A stretch of 64,000 nucleotides of DNA from the NCBI GenBank assembly GCA_964016885.1, contig OZ024741.1, forward strand, positions 123,752,001-123,816,000, given 5' to 3'. The number at the start of each line of letters is the position of its first letter. The stretch's first letter is position 1. The notes below the pieces were generated by a model. That model worked only from the letters and a program-made list of their open reading frames with translations. It was not told the DNA's origin and did no database searches. Positions 1 through 13,877 of the stretch are shown here, piece after piece. Position numbers and translations under genes: made by a program. Origin of the DNA: Eledone cirrhosa (lineage: Eukaryota).

Positions 1-839
1 AAAAACGTGATATCTCACATATTGAAATGTCGGTGTATCATATGATATAAGAAAACCTCTATCAGTAACAGCATATATAGAATGAATATAGCAAAGCTCA
101 ACAATACGAATACTGAGACGGATACATACAGATGCATATTCACACACGTTCCCGTACATTCTTATCAAGACACACATGTATACAGACAGAGATATACACC
201 TATACAGACATACAAACACACAGATACACGGACAAGCAAAAGCGCACAAGTAAACACACAATTACCTTATGTACAAGCATATATGCACACACATAAACAT
301 ACATCCATACTCATGCCCATACACTTGTACGTTTAAAAAATTCAGCTATTATACAATCAGCACAGATAATGACAAAGTAAGCTGCTTCGTTATTTTCATG
401 TTTCATTCTGCCTCTCCACACCCCCTGCTATTTTATCTTCAGTGATTCCGATATCTGCCTGGCTTGGCTAGCGCTAAACTCTTTAGAACCCCCCTCCCCA
501 CACAAACAGCTGCATGCAGGTAAATATCAACCAAACATCTGTTTAACTCTACTATTGTTCTTTATTATTCTACATTTCAAAGACATTTCAGTAAGATAGT
601 TTTATACATAGCTGGATCTTCCTTCGAAGAGTTTTTCCCGCTTATGTCAAAGTACAAAACGATATATAGATATCTCATAGGACCATAGATTAAAATATTC
701 TCAATCTATAGCCTTCTCACGTCTATTGAAGGAAACCTCCTCCCAAGTTGACGTCAATCGCTGTTTGTTTGGTTTTCTTCACGTCAGGGGCGTAGCCATA
801 CTCAACTCGCTTGGCCACTTGAGGCTAGGTGAGGCTATT

Positions 840-1035
840 TAATCCATAGTTAGGGTAGATTGCCATTGACTCCAGGAGTTCATCCAGCCTTTTAACAACT
901 TTTACTTTCCGTGCTGCTGGCGTTCCACTTACCCTCCTCACCAGACCAGGTCTTGGTGGGAGAGCAGGTTTAGTCACCGACAACTCGAAAATGAAGCAGG
1001 TTGCATTTAGCTACATAGCACCAGTAGTAGGCAGA
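840..1035 (-). mobile_element. RTE-type SINE / non-autonomous LINE 5' fragment
   Basis: Reverse complement matches 13205-13370 (ctactgg...gtcggNgactaaacc...caccaag...ggtgaggaggg...gagtcaaYggc). Confidence 0.45.
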
Positions 1036-1489
1036 AATCTGATATGACCAGTGTCATTACGAATATGTAGATTTATTATCTATAAAGAGGTTGTGTAGAT
1101 TCCTACATAGGTCTGAATTGACAATTACACTGTTTTAGTTTTAATGTTAAATAACAATAGCCCAACATGCTGGCGCTATATGCAATTAAGCCGTAATCAA
1201 ATAATATTTGCTAAATGTATATAAAAGAAGAATTAACTTCTTTTCCTAATTACCGAAGGATTAATGGTCTCGACATATTTGTATTCGGTATTTTCACATA
1301 GTTACTGATGTTGATATGATATGATCAAAGCGAAAGTATGTGTATTATACAGAAAAATTTTCCATTACGTTTCCACATGTGCCTCTGTTCTGATTCACTC
1401 AAGAGCCAATTAATATTTCAATTGGTATTTCAGAATGTTCATAATCATTTGTGGTCTGCCTAATTATTACTTATCAGGATGCCAGTGTC

Positions 1490-1930
1490 CCGGGTACAGT
1501 TAAGAGGAATTTGAACTCAGAACGCCGTCAGCCGAAACAGATAAGGTGAACTATCCCATTCGAGGTAAAGAAAAACTTTCCACTAATGAAACGCCTCTGG
1601 AGCGGTACTTTATTCTATCGGTCCGGGAAGCATCAAATACAACATTGAACCCGACGTGCATCGAACTCAGAATGTGAAGTACTGGAACAAAGCCTGCAGA
1701 ACTGTTCTTCCGTTATTCTGCCAATCCACCAATCTCAGTACCAATGGCTTCTGCTTTAGACACAAAGTCAGTAATTTGAATGTAAGGAATATCAATTAAA
1801 TGTTCCCCTGTACATGATTAGTAGATTATTTAAGGATAAAAAGCAAAGTTAAATGGGTAGAATTCGAACTCAGAACGCAAGTTCCAGGAATAAATACACC
1901 AAAGCCTTTTGTACGAGGTAATAACGTTAC
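1490..1930 (-). mobile_element. Cluster of old, diverged tRNA-derived SINE copies
   Basis: Three gaactcagaa motifs (reverse complement of the B-box-like ttctgagttcRa) with body remnants resembling the 14.3/26.2 kb SINE. Confidence 0.45.
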
Positions 1931-3127
1931 TGTTGACATATGTCCACCTGTTGCTTCACCCTAATACCGACAACCCACATTCAATCATCCCTGTTCAATA
2001 TGAAATCTACATCCTAAAGGGTGACAACTTCGGTCTATCGAATTTACAAGTTAGGGTAAACTACATTAGCGAAAAGTTTTAAAATTTTCTGTCGAGGTGA
2101 GGATGGCCAAGCTATTATAGTAATGATAGCCGAAATAGCTCCTTACACAAGCGAATATGTTGAAATTATAAAATGGTAGTGACATTGACATATGGTAGTT
2201 AGGAGAGAACAAAAACGATTTATTCATGGCAAAGAAGTTGATTTATTTTATTTTCCCTAACATCTATTAATACTGGATTTGCAGAGCACTTCAGACGCCT
2301 AGTCTCTCACAACGAGAAAACTAAACTATAATAGTAAAAAATAAAAAAAAATAGAAAAAAAAAAGGCAAAATTTCCCACAGATAAAGATTAATGATGGTT
2401 ATCTCAATAGAGGCATTTATAATTCTGATATGGAATCAAAGAACAATAATATTGGAATACTATATTCTCCTTTATTTATTGAAAGAGAGAGAGAAAGGGA
2501 AAAGGGAGGCAGACACAGAGAAAAAGAGTGAGAGAGAGTGAAAGAGAGAGAGAGAGAGAGAGAGAGGGGGGAGGGGGGAAAGAGTGTGGGCAATATCGAT
2601 TTCCTTTCTCTGTTATTTCGCATAAAGTTAGCGATTGAATAAACTACATGAATATAAATCAATATAAGACTGTTCGATCGTCTTGAATTCCGAAGCTGCT
2701 ACCTTTGTGCCATTTCAAAAACATGTCATCTATAACATGCTGGCACCGATAGCGATTTTTGGGTATGTTAAGGATCTCCGTTTCTTTGGTTTTATCTAAA
2801 GAGTCCTATTTAGAAAGTATCAAAATGACGCTTGGAATAACAACACGAACAGAAAGAATAAAAGAAACAACGAAAACATTAACAGTAGCAACAGTTACAA
2901 CAGCAACAGCACCAGCAACAACTATATAAACAGCAACTGCAACGGCAACCACAACAACAACAATATAATCGAACCTAAGTGATTGTCTTGAAATGCCAAC
3001 GCATGAACAAAATGTCTGATTTCGAAAGTCGACAAAGGGGGTTTCGTTGACTGCGTTCACACACATATATAAACACTATCTTTTTCTCTATCTCTACCTC
3101 AGCGTCTCACTGTTTTCACACACACGC

Positions 3128-3170
<43 letters not shown>

Positions 3171-3472
3171 TGTGTTTATAAAACAAATGCTGCACTTGCT
3201 TTTGTACGTGCAGCTACTGTTGTGAAAGGTTTTGGAATTGATGTGCATCTAACTGCTGCAATTCGGATTCATTTTAATGCAACCTTTCATAAGAGAATTA
3301 TACTAATGATAACTTGCGTGCATAAAGTAATATTTTGAAGTCAACGTGTACGCTACTGTAGTCTATAACCATACACAAACGTGCATACATGTATACTCAC
3401 ACACACACACACACAGACACACATACATACACATATATGAATAAATAAATATTTAACTGCAGATACATACAT

Positions 3473-3521
<49 letters not shown>

Positions 3522-3756
3522 ACCGCATATATGAGCATATATATACATAAATTTACGTATACATATGAAAGAACTCTGGGTTATCAGTAAATGGGACACT
3601 GTATGTGATATATATATATAACTATAACATTACATCACTGTCCTCATACTCATAATAAGTTGGCCATTCTTATCTAATATTTCTAGTCAAATAATGTGTG
3701 TTTGTGTTTGTGAGCGCGTGCGATAGTATATAAATATAAATATATATTATATACAT

Positions 3757-4110
3757 TGGTAGGTTCACACGCCTGTCAATGTTCACTTTAATGTATTCCA
3801 AATTTCCTGTTGGTTATTTATTTATTGTCAAAGTTCTTTCGCCACACATTCTGAAAACTCATTAATTTGTTATTTTGTGTCTCTCCTTTGTTCTGTCCCA
3901 TACCATCTTCTTTTTGTGTGCTGTGGTCAGAATGCTTTGACAATAAATAAATAACCCTCCGGTTATTAAACCAAATAACTAAATATTTGCAACAAATTGA
4001 AGTGAAACCAAAGGTATTTTACTTCAGGTGCGTGTTTTTATTGCCAATATAGCCCTCCCAAAATTTTAATCGTATCAGTTTCAAGACAAGTTTTCAGATA
4101 AGATATCTTG
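3757..4110. mobile_element. Degenerate copy of fold-back HHR element family G
   Basis: Shares attgtcaaagttctttcg.cacacatt, tgtgtctctcctttgttctgtcc and aaattgaagtgaaa...gtgcgtgttt...ccctcccaa with 50510-51062; partial inverted arms. Confidence 0.7.
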
Positions 4111-4124
4111 CAAAATAAAAAAAA

Positions 4125-4180
4125 TATATATATTTCGATGGTCTGGTTACGCAAGACCCTAGTGACATCATCAGGTTCAG
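4125..4180 (-). ncRNA. Hammerhead-like core (degenerate)
   Basis: Minus strand: CUGAUGA, ggtct/agacc hairpin, atc GAAA UAUAUA; stem I partner missing. Confidence 0.35.
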
Positions 4181-4271
4181 ATTGCATAATCGATTAATAA
4201 ATAAAAGGAATTTCAGAGAAAATATTTGATTCCGAGATGACTCGCAAAATCGGTGCTATTACTGCGGCAGA

Positions 4272-4378
<107 letters not shown>

Positions 4379-4599
4379 CACACAAAGAGTCCTATATAGA
4401 AAGTAATATTGTGGCATATAGATAGAATACATTTTCAAGACGAATCGCATGTTTAGTTAAATAAAATGCGGCAGAGGTATTCACGTTTATAGATAAATAA
4501 TTATGTAACAAAAGCACACAGTTAATCATAGCATCAAGAAATATATATATATGTATACATATATATATATCTGTGTGTGCATATGTATATAAATATATA

Positions 4600-4645
<46 letters not shown>

Positions 4646-5129
4646 TATACAAACATATACATATATATATATATATATAAATATATATTCATACTTTTAT
4701 ATGCGCACACTATATATATATATATAATTGCGCTCATGTTAACTAATCAATAGATCACTATATCGATATCTCCTCCCCTTCCTTTTCTGTCCCTCCCCTT
4801 CATTTTAATCTGTTTTCCGCTATGTGTTCTAATGCCGCTCATTAGGAGAGAACTCTACCCACAAGCTTTTTTATACGCATTAGGTATATATTCATCCCTC
4901 TTATTTCAAGTTTATCTATATCTTCATCCAGCAGTAAAATCAAATAATATAATTTACGGTATAAAAAAGCTAAGAAAGAATATAATACACACACTCCACA
5001 CATATACATGCGTACACATATATATTTATATATTTATCTATATATATATATATATGTATGTATAAATATATGTATATTTATACACACACACGCACACACA
5101 CACACACTCACACTCACACTCACACACAT

Positions 5130-5214
<85 letters not shown>

Positions 5215-5329
5215 CATACGTAGAGTCGCAATATACTCGTTTTAGTGAATGTATTACTTTTATCCGGGAATAAAGCTGTTTGTTGTAAAATTGCTGCAAC
5301 TATTTACTTTTCAATCGTTGTTTTTTTGT

Positions 5330-5935
5330 ATTCAACAAGAAATATTTAAATACCACCGACATTGTGTTTTTATGTATTTTTTGCACAAATCCCAATGGAC
5401 TCGTTTTGCTATAAGATCATGCCAAATTTTATAACGTGTTTTTGATAATTGCTCATAGCTACTAGCAATATGCCACACAATCGTTTGGTTTATGACATAC
5501 TCAGCAAAGTGTGGGTCAATTTTGTTCATCAATGTTAGCTTTCACCTAATGAGTTCTGAATGCTTATTCTTGTACGGCGGTAATAATAGTATCAGTGCTC
5601 TTTTAACCCAACCTGACCTAAACCAAAGCCAAGACCTAGGATTAGCAATGTCTTTAATGGAAGTTGAAAATTTGCCATAAAGAGATATTTCTTTCTATGC
5701 CTATTCTTTCTCCTCTGTAAAGGCTTTCTTGAATGCTTTCTCATATTCCCTTCTTGTTATAAGGTCTTCCTTCAGTACTTCTCTGAGTAGTGATTCTTCA
5801 GTTAATGTCAGATAGTCCCACAAGTACTTTCACTCACTACGTACACGTTGCGCAACCGAATTTTACCTTCTTCTCCCTTCCTTTTTCTTAAGGTACAGTC
5901 CTGCAATATTTGCCCTTGGGTGTAAGTACCCATTG
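5330..5935 (-). pseudogene. R4/Dong-type (RLE) non-LTR retrotransposon C-terminal fragment
   Basis: QTIVWHIASSYEQLSKTRYKIWHDLIAKRVHWDLCKKY resembles the zinc-knuckle/RHD region before the restriction-like endonuclease. Confidence 0.7.
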
Positions 5936-6046
5936 CATGTTAAGATTTAGATGTGCATCTATGAATTCCATCAAGAACTATCATAGATATTTAGTGATAT
6001 ATAATTATCAATCTTAATATATATATATATATATATATACATATAT

Positions 6047-6304
<258 letters not shown>

Positions 6305-7330
6305 AGATACTAGAATGAGCATCACAAAACTTTGGCATTGACAGCTATACAAACGACCAAATACTATGCCACAGTCCTGATATGGAATAAGGATCAGATA
6401 TTGCAATAGCCTGTGTTTCATGGGCCATTAAACTAAAAAATACGCTGCAAAAAATCCTGAGACATATACATGTAGGGGATATAGATATTTAAAGAAGCAT
6501 CTGTTATCTTAGGTCCTAAGTGAGATATCATCACAGTGAGAAAAACAAATGAAGTCAGTGTGTCAAAATCCATCATTTAGCAATGCTCAATTAAGTTAAA
6601 ATGGCTATTGAAGTTACAGTTATACTGGTGTTGCTGCAGAATGGCCGCAGCCTATTGACTGAAACAGGTAAAAGAGCCCATAGTCATATATGGTATGTAG
6701 GTGCTTTTTTGTTTGATTATCTCTCAATGCTCTATTCAGCAATGCTTTCGTTTTATTTTGAACTCTGTTATTCCAAATTCCCGATCAATATATCTGTGTT
6801 TAGATTTAACCAATATTTGACAATTAAGAATCTGTTTGTTCTTGAACATACTTCAATAGCTGTCAGAATGTTTGTTTCGTTACATTATTCAAAAAACATG
6901 TTGTTTTGTATTGATTGTTCTATCTGTCCGAGACATCTATTGAATGTTTTACACTCTTTTCTCCGATCCGGACATATTTTTTGACAAAAAAAAAATCTAT
7001 TTTCTTTATAATAATCCATACACGTAGTTTTTGACATTTTCCCCACGTAACTTGGGGAAAGCGATTTCATTTTTGAATATTTTTCTCTAGCATGGTCGTC
7101 ATTGATTTCTGAGTAAACTTCAAATATTTCAATTAGTATTGAAAATATACAATATGAAAGAAGGAAATTGTTTAAGAATATTATAAGTTTTAATATAAGT
7201 GAATATTCTTTTACTTATTATACCGGGACCATGCTGTGCCACCGCATTAAATATGTATTCGTTCATATCCATGCCAGACTAGCACATATTTAGTCGATGT
7301 AATTATCACAGTGAGGCATGGACACACACG

Positions 7331-7398
<68 letters not shown>

Positions 7399-7513
7399 CA
7401 TACGTAGAGTCGCAATATACTCGTTTTAGTGAATGTATTACTTTTATCCGGGAATAAAGCTGTTTGTTGTAAAATTGCTGCAACTATTTACTTTTCAATC
7501 GTTGTTTTTTTGT

Positions 7514-8119
7514 ATTCAACAAGAAATATTTAAATACCACCGACATTGTGTTTTTATGTATTTTTTGCACAAATCCCAATGGACTCGTTTTGCTATAAGA
7601 TCATGCCAAATTTTATAACGTGTTTTTGATAATTGCTCATAGCTACTAGCAATATGCCACACAATCGTTTGGTTTATGACATACTCAGCAAAGTGTGGGT
7701 CAATTTTGTTCATCAATGTTAGCTTTCACCTAATGAGTTCTGAATGCTTATTCTTGTACGGCGGTAATAATAGTATCAGTGCTCTTTTAACCCAACCTGA
7801 CCTAAACCAAAGCCAAGACCTAGGATTAGCAATGTCTTTAATGGAAGTTGAAAATTTGCCATAAAGAGATATTTCTTTCTATGCCTATTCTTTCTCCTCT
7901 GTAAAGGCTTTCTTGAATGCTTTCTCATATTCCCTTCTTGTTATAAGGTCTTCCTTCAGTACTTCTCTGAGTAGTGATTCTTCAGTTAATGTCAGATAGT
8001 CCCACAAGTACTTTCACTCACTACGTACACGTTGCGCAACCGAATTTTACCTTCTTCTCCCTTCCTTTTTCTTAAGGTACAGTCCTGCAATATTTGCCCT
8101 TGGGTGTAAGTACCCATTG
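7514..8119 (-). pseudogene. Duplicate of the R4/Dong-type fragment
   Basis: Second copy inside the tandem duplication. Confidence 0.7.
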
Positions 8120-8325
8120 CATGTTAAGATTTAGATGTGCATCTATGAATTCCATCAAGAACTATCATAGATATGTAGTGATATATAATTATCAATCTTA
8201 ATATATATATATATATATATATACATATATTGGCTTCTACAGGAATACTTCTCTATTAAACATTGTATATACTCTACAATGTATTGAATACCTTACTTGC
8301 TGTGGTTACCTCGATTGAACCCGGG

Positions 8326-8472
<147 letters not shown>

Positions 8473-9478
8473 AGATACTAGAATGAGCATCACAAAACTT
8501 TGGCATTGACAGCTATACAAACGACCAAATACTATGCCACAGTCCTGATATGGAATAAGGATCAGATATTGCAATAGCCTGTGTTTCATGGGCCATTAAA
8601 CTAAAAAATACGCTGCAAAAAATCCTGAGACATATACATGTAGGGGATATAGATATTTAAAGAAGCATCTGTTATCTTAGGTCCTAAGTGAGATATCATC
8701 ACAGTGAGAAAAACAAATGAAGTCAGTGTGTCAAAATCCATCATTTAGCAATGCTCAATTAAGTTAAAATGGCTATTGAAGTTACAGTTATACTGGTGTT
8801 GCTGCAGAATGGCCGCAGCCTATTGACTGAAACAGGTAAAAGAGCCCATAGTCATATATGGTATGTAGGTGCTTTTTTGTTTGATTATCTCTCAATGCTC
8901 TATTCAGCAATGCTTTCGTTTTATTTTGAACTCTGTTATTCCAAATTCCCGATCAATATATCTGTGTTTAGATTTAACCAATATTTGACAATTAAGAATC
9001 TGTTTGTTCTTGAACATACTTCAATAGCTGTCAGAATGTTTGTTTCGTTACATTATTCAAAAAACATGTTGTTTTGTATTGATTGTTCTATCTGTCCGAG
9101 ACATCTATTGAATGTTTTACACTCTTTTCTCCGATCCGGACATATTTTTTGACAAAAAAAAAATCATACACGTAGTTTTTGACATTTTCCCCACGTAACT
9201 TGGGGAAAGCGATTTCATTTTTGAATATTTTTCTCTAGCATGGTCGTCATTGATTTCTGAGTAAACTTCAAATATTTCAATTAGTATTGAAAATATACAA
9301 TATGAAAGAAGGAAATTGTTTAAGAATATTATAAGTTTTAATATAAGTGAATATTCTTTTACTTATTATACCGGGACCATGCTGTGCCACCGCATTAAAT
9401 ATGTATTCGTTCATATCCATGCCAGACTAGCACATATTTAGTCGATGTAATTATCACAGTGAGGCATGGACACACACG

Positions 9479-9533
<55 letters not shown>

Positions 9534-9835
9534 CATTCATAAGCTTGTTTTCCCCTTGTTCCATATGTCACTTTTTAACCTGTAATCCATCGTAAAATTC
9601 GATCCTGTAAATATCATGTCACACACACCACCAACACTACCTGGCACATCGCCATACTTCCACAACCATCAACATCACCCACATATATCATACCTCCCTA
9701 AACAATGCATGTGTGTGTGTCTGTGTGTAAGTATATTTGTACAACATTTATTATAATGTTCGATGTGTTTGTAAACAAACATCCCGAATTAAGCCGTACA
9801 GTGTCTAGCAACCATCGTTGCTCATTTGTTCAACA

Positions 9836-9904
9836 CTGACAAAGGAACGTTGTACTAGTTTCAAGTTTATTAGCTATCGTCAGCAACGTATACCTTCCTG
9901 CCAG
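9836..9904 (-). ncRNA. Type I hammerhead ribozyme (family A, intact core)
   Basis: acgttg-CUGACGA-tag(c)taataa(a)ctt-GAAA-CUAG-UA-caacgt; stem I extended by ctggcagg/ctttgtcag; one mismatch in stem II. Confidence 0.85.
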
Positions 9905-10270
9905 ATTATTGAACGTCTGAAAGTATATACTTTCCTTATGCATATTAACGGCTGAGCAGCCTAATTTGCATATCGAGTGAGTTAATCGGCCGGGCACACC
10001 GAAAACGATAAACGGAAAAAATGAAACGAAATTTCATTTCTCACTCTTAGTACGACTGTTACTTAAATATAAGTATGTATACGTACATACATATATGTAT
10101 ACAGCCGTACGGTAGTATATATATATATATACATACATATATGCACAGATATATATATGTACGTATGGACTCACCGAACATTTATTATAATGCTCGGTGT
10201 GTTTGTAAACAAACATCCCGAATTAAGCCGTACAGTGTCTAGCATCCATCGTTGATCATTTATTCAACAT

Positions 10271-10338
10271 TGACAAAGGAACGCTGTACTAGTTTCAAGC
10301 TTATTAGCTATCGTCAGCAACGTTTACCTTCCTGCCAG
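10271..10338 (-). ncRNA. Type I hammerhead ribozyme (family A, intact core)
   Basis: acgttg-CUGACGA-agc/gct stem II-GAAA-CUAG-UA-cagcgt. Confidence 0.85.
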
Positions 10339-10498
10339 ATGAATATATACATACTACTGTACGTCTGTATACATATATGTATGTACGTATACATACTTAT
10401 ATTTAAGTAACAGCCGTACTAAGAGTGAGAAATGAAATTTCGTTTCATTTTTTTCCGTTCATCGTTTTCGGTGCGCCCGGCCGATTAACTCACTCGAT

Positions 10499-10506
10499 AT
10501 GCAAAT
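10499..10506 (+). promoter_or_regulatory. Octamer motif ATGCAAAT upstream of the HHR (also 9964-9971 minus and 19700-19707)
   Basis: Perfect octamer in a conserved AACTCAC...ATGCAAATTAG.CTGC block in families A and F. Confidence 0.4.
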
Positions 10507-10565
10507 TAGGCTGCTCAGCCGTTAATATACATAATGAAAGTATATACTTTCAGACGTTCAATCAT

Positions 10566-10634
10566 CTGGCAGGAAGGTATAACTTGCTGACGATAGCTAA
10601 TAAGCTTGAAACTAGCACAGCGTTGCTTTGTCAG
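10566..10634 (+). ncRNA. Type I hammerhead ribozyme (family A, U16.1 to C, probably inactive)
   Basis: CUGACGA 10587-10593, GAAA 10608-10611, CUAG followed by CA instead of UA. Confidence 0.7.
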
Positions 10635-10837
10635 TGTTGAACAAATGAGCAACGATGGTTGCTAGACACTGTACGGCTTAATTCGGGATGTTTGTTTACA
10701 AACATACTGAGCATTATAATAAATGTTCGGTGAATCCATACGTACATATATATATATATATGTGTGTGCATGTATGTATATATATATACATACTACTGTA
10801 CGTCTGTATACATATATGTATGTACGTGTACATACTT

Positions 10838-10892
<55 letters not shown>

Positions 10893-10894
<2 letters not shown>

Positions 10895-11863
10895 ATTGGA
10901 TGCTTAGTAAAATCGAATCTTTGGCGGCGTGCAAGCAAATTCGACCTACGATATGAATGATTTAGCAAAGCACTCGACAGGGTAGGTCCTTAGAGTAATA
11001 ACATACGTTTAAATAGCTTGAGAAATTGCACATTGTGGTAGGCAACATCTAACAGACAATACCAAAGTAACGAAATAACTAACAGGTTGAGATAAAATAC
11101 ACCTGGACAAATCAAATATTATATGTTTAAAGTGTTTCTATGAATTCGAAATCAAATATCAAACTTACGTAACTAGCAAGCTTGTGGTATTCATGATCGA
11201 ACAGAGGATTCAATTCATCAACAGGTTTTCGTTCTACCAAAGAACGGGGCGAGATGCTAAATGTTGCCGCTAGCAGCAACAAATCGTATATTTAGTTGTC
11301 ACGTGTTATTTCCAGCGAGGGAAATAACCCCCGGTTTTTGGCGGGTCATTCAAAATGTTAGAGAAAGGAAATATTATAATTTCCGCTAACTTTGAGAATA
11401 AGCTCTCGACAATATGTTATTAAACAAACACAAATAATTAACCAATCAACAGAATTGTCTAATTAAATTAATTAGTTAATTATTAAATCTCGGAGAAAAT
11501 AATATAATTGGATGCTTAGAAAAATCGAATCTTTGGCGGTGTGCAAGCAAATTCGACCTACTATATGAATGAGTTAGCAAAGCACTCGACTAGGTAGGTC
11601 ATTAGAGTAATAAGATACGTTTAAATAGCTTGACAAATTGAACATTGTGGTAGGCAAAATCTAACACACAATACCAAAGTAACGAAAGAACTAACAGGTT
11701 GAGAAAAAATACACCTGGACAAATCAAACTTTATACGTTTAAAGTGTTTCTATGAATCCGAAATCAAATATCAGACTTACGTAACTGGCAAGCTCGTGGT
11801 ATTCATGATCGAACAGAGGATACAATACATCAACAGGTTTTCGTTCTACCAAAGAACGGGGCG

Positions 11864-11865
<2 letters not shown>
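10893..11865 (-). mobile_element. Family B: ~1.6 tandem units of a 613 bp hairpin-rich element between (TA)n tracts
   Basis: 10893-11253 repeats at 11506-11863; carries the ACTC...GAGT tail motif; strand inferred from that motif. Confidence 0.7.
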
Positions 11866-11894
<29 letters not shown>

Positions 11895-11960
11895 TATATA
11901 CACATAGATACATATACATATTTACATATACATATATACCTATACCTTTGTATCTATCTA

Positions 11961-12062
<102 letters not shown>

Positions 12063-12217
12063 ATATGCGTGTATATATATATACTGGGTTAGCGGTTCAA
12101 TTTAAAAGTAGCCTCAACAATATGAATTATCTTTTCTGGAAAGATGGCATCCTCCATACAGTGTTGCTGGAATATCTTACTAAATTCAACACGACGGTCA
12201 TATTCCCCTTCATTCGA

Positions 12218-12390
12218 CCAGAGTACTCAATACTTAAGGTAAGTATTATATATATATATAGGAAAAGAATCAAGAATAGCTAGATCCGAACTGTTCGGAT
12301 CTAGCTGTCGCAACGCCCGGAGCTCAGCCGTCGGGGTCCTGACTCTTTTCCTATTACCCACTTACTACCCTAAGTATTGAGTACTCTGGT
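12218..12390. mobile_element. Family C short fold-back element
   Basis: Central palindrome agctagatccgaa-ctg-ttcggatctagct; gagctcagccgtcggggtc core; near-identical inverted copy at 13748-13877. Confidence 0.75.
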
Positions 12391-13050
12391 TGAATGAAGA
12401 GGAAAATGACCGCCGCGTTGAATTTAGTCAGATATTCCAGCAACACTGTATGGAGGATGCCACATTTCCACAAAAGATAATTCATATTGAACCGCTAAGC
12501 CGACCGACATAATTCTAAGTACATGATGAGTGAAAATCCGTATCTAATCCTTGAGAAGCAAGACAACGCTATACGTATGGAGTGGAATTTGTGACTCAGG
12601 TCTGGTTGGACCCTCTGTTTTGAAGAAACGGACAAGAAATAATTATGTGGCAATGCTCAACACTGATTTACTTCCATGTTTTACGAAATGGTCATATGGT
12701 CGTGAGATCTGTTTCCAGCAAGGCGGTGCACCTCCTCATTACAGCATTGTTGCAAACACTTCCCACGCAGATAGAACGAACGCCCTTGTTCTATCGAGTA
12801 TCCTCCTTGATCTCTTGATTTTATATCTCTTGAATGTTTTCCTTTGTGGTGTACAGCAGAATAAAATCTACGCCATCAGCTTAACATCTACACATCAGCT
12901 TAAATCAAGGAGAGTGAATTAATGTGCAAAGATCAATGTTGATCTGTCGACATGTATCGAGGTATATGTTATTCTATACTTGCTACAGCTTCAACATATA
13001 CAGAGTAGCGGGTTCAACATTTCGAACACTGACATTAATAATAGTTTGTT
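12391..13050 (+). pseudogene. Tc1/mariner (rosa/DD41D-like) transposase remnant
   Basis: YVWSGICDSGLVGP...YVAMLNTDLLP...FQQGGAPPHY and a downstream FLCG..QNKIY match the VWCG..IGP/FQQDGAP.H/FLWG.LK..VY motifs. Confidence 0.75.
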
Positions 13051-13185
13051 AACTGCGATTGTTTGTTGTATTTAAAATTTCGTACTGCATGATCAGGAAT
13101 TTAGTAAATATTATGATTTGGAATATAAATGAATGTGTAACTGCCTGCTTACTTATGACTCATCCTTTATATATATATATATATA

Positions 13186-13700
13186 TGTCGGGTCACTCTT
13201 GAGTGCTACTGGTAACATGTAACCCAGTACAACATGTCGCATGGATGGGTCGTCGGCGACTAAACCGACAACCGCACCAAGTTGGTGAGGAGGGGAATTT
13301 TGGACACCCTGCAGGACAAAAAACAAAACTGGCAAAGGTCGGAAGATCTCATAAGAGTCAACGGCCATCCAAACGTGTGTAAATATGTATATACACATGT
13401 ACATATATATGTATATGCGTGGGGACATAGAAATAGTCAGGCTGGACACACGATCACGCGGTTAAACCACTGGTATTGAAGGACTTCAGCCATTTGTCAG
13501 GGCATTCTTCTAGGAAGAGGCAACTCAGGAAACTGGGATAACTCCGATATAAAACCTGCGGCTCAGTAGTTACCGATGATCTTGATCTTTTCTTCTTTTC
13601 TGGTTATAGCTACTGTCGCTCAGAGAGTGGGATTGGCTCAGTGCACAGTCTTTCCTCACTTTAAAAAAATATCTTCATACACAGGCATTGCGCGATAGAA
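13186..13700 (+). mobile_element. RTE-type SINE / non-autonomous element
   Basis: Homologous to 840-1035 and to 55330-55470 (cagagtgggattgg.cagtgca..tcttt..cactt). Confidence 0.5.
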
Positions 13701-13747
13701 TTAATTAATAATTATTAATACTGGTATATCGTGCAATGGGCATCATA

Positions 13748-13877
13748 TAGTACTCAATACTTAGGGTAGTAAGTGGGTAACAGGAAAAGAGTCAGGACCC
13801 CGACGGCTGAGCTCCGGGCGTTGCGACAGCTAGCTCCGAACAGTTCGGATCTAGCTATTCTTGATTCTTTTCCTATA
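13748..13877. mobile_element. Family C short fold-back element
   Basis: Reverse complement of 12259-12385. Confidence 0.75.

Larger units (their letters stand above)
9741..10840. mobile_element. Retrozyme-like family A: ~1.4 tandem units (434 bp) on minus fused head-to-head with ~1.1 units on plus
   Basis: 9741-9905 repeats at 10177-10340; 10343-10840 is the reverse complement; one HHR per unit. Confidence 0.85.

Noticed and set aside
6601-6984. 127 aa ORF present twice
   Set aside because: No recognisable domain; repeated only because of the tandem duplication
10910-10950. Twister-like gtgcaagc loop in family B
   Set aside because: The remaining twister elements and pseudoknot pairings were not found
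13186-13290. HDV-like ribozyme at the 5' end of the RTE-type element
   Set aside because: Hairpins are present but I could not assign the P1/P1.1/P2/P3 nested pseudoknot by eye
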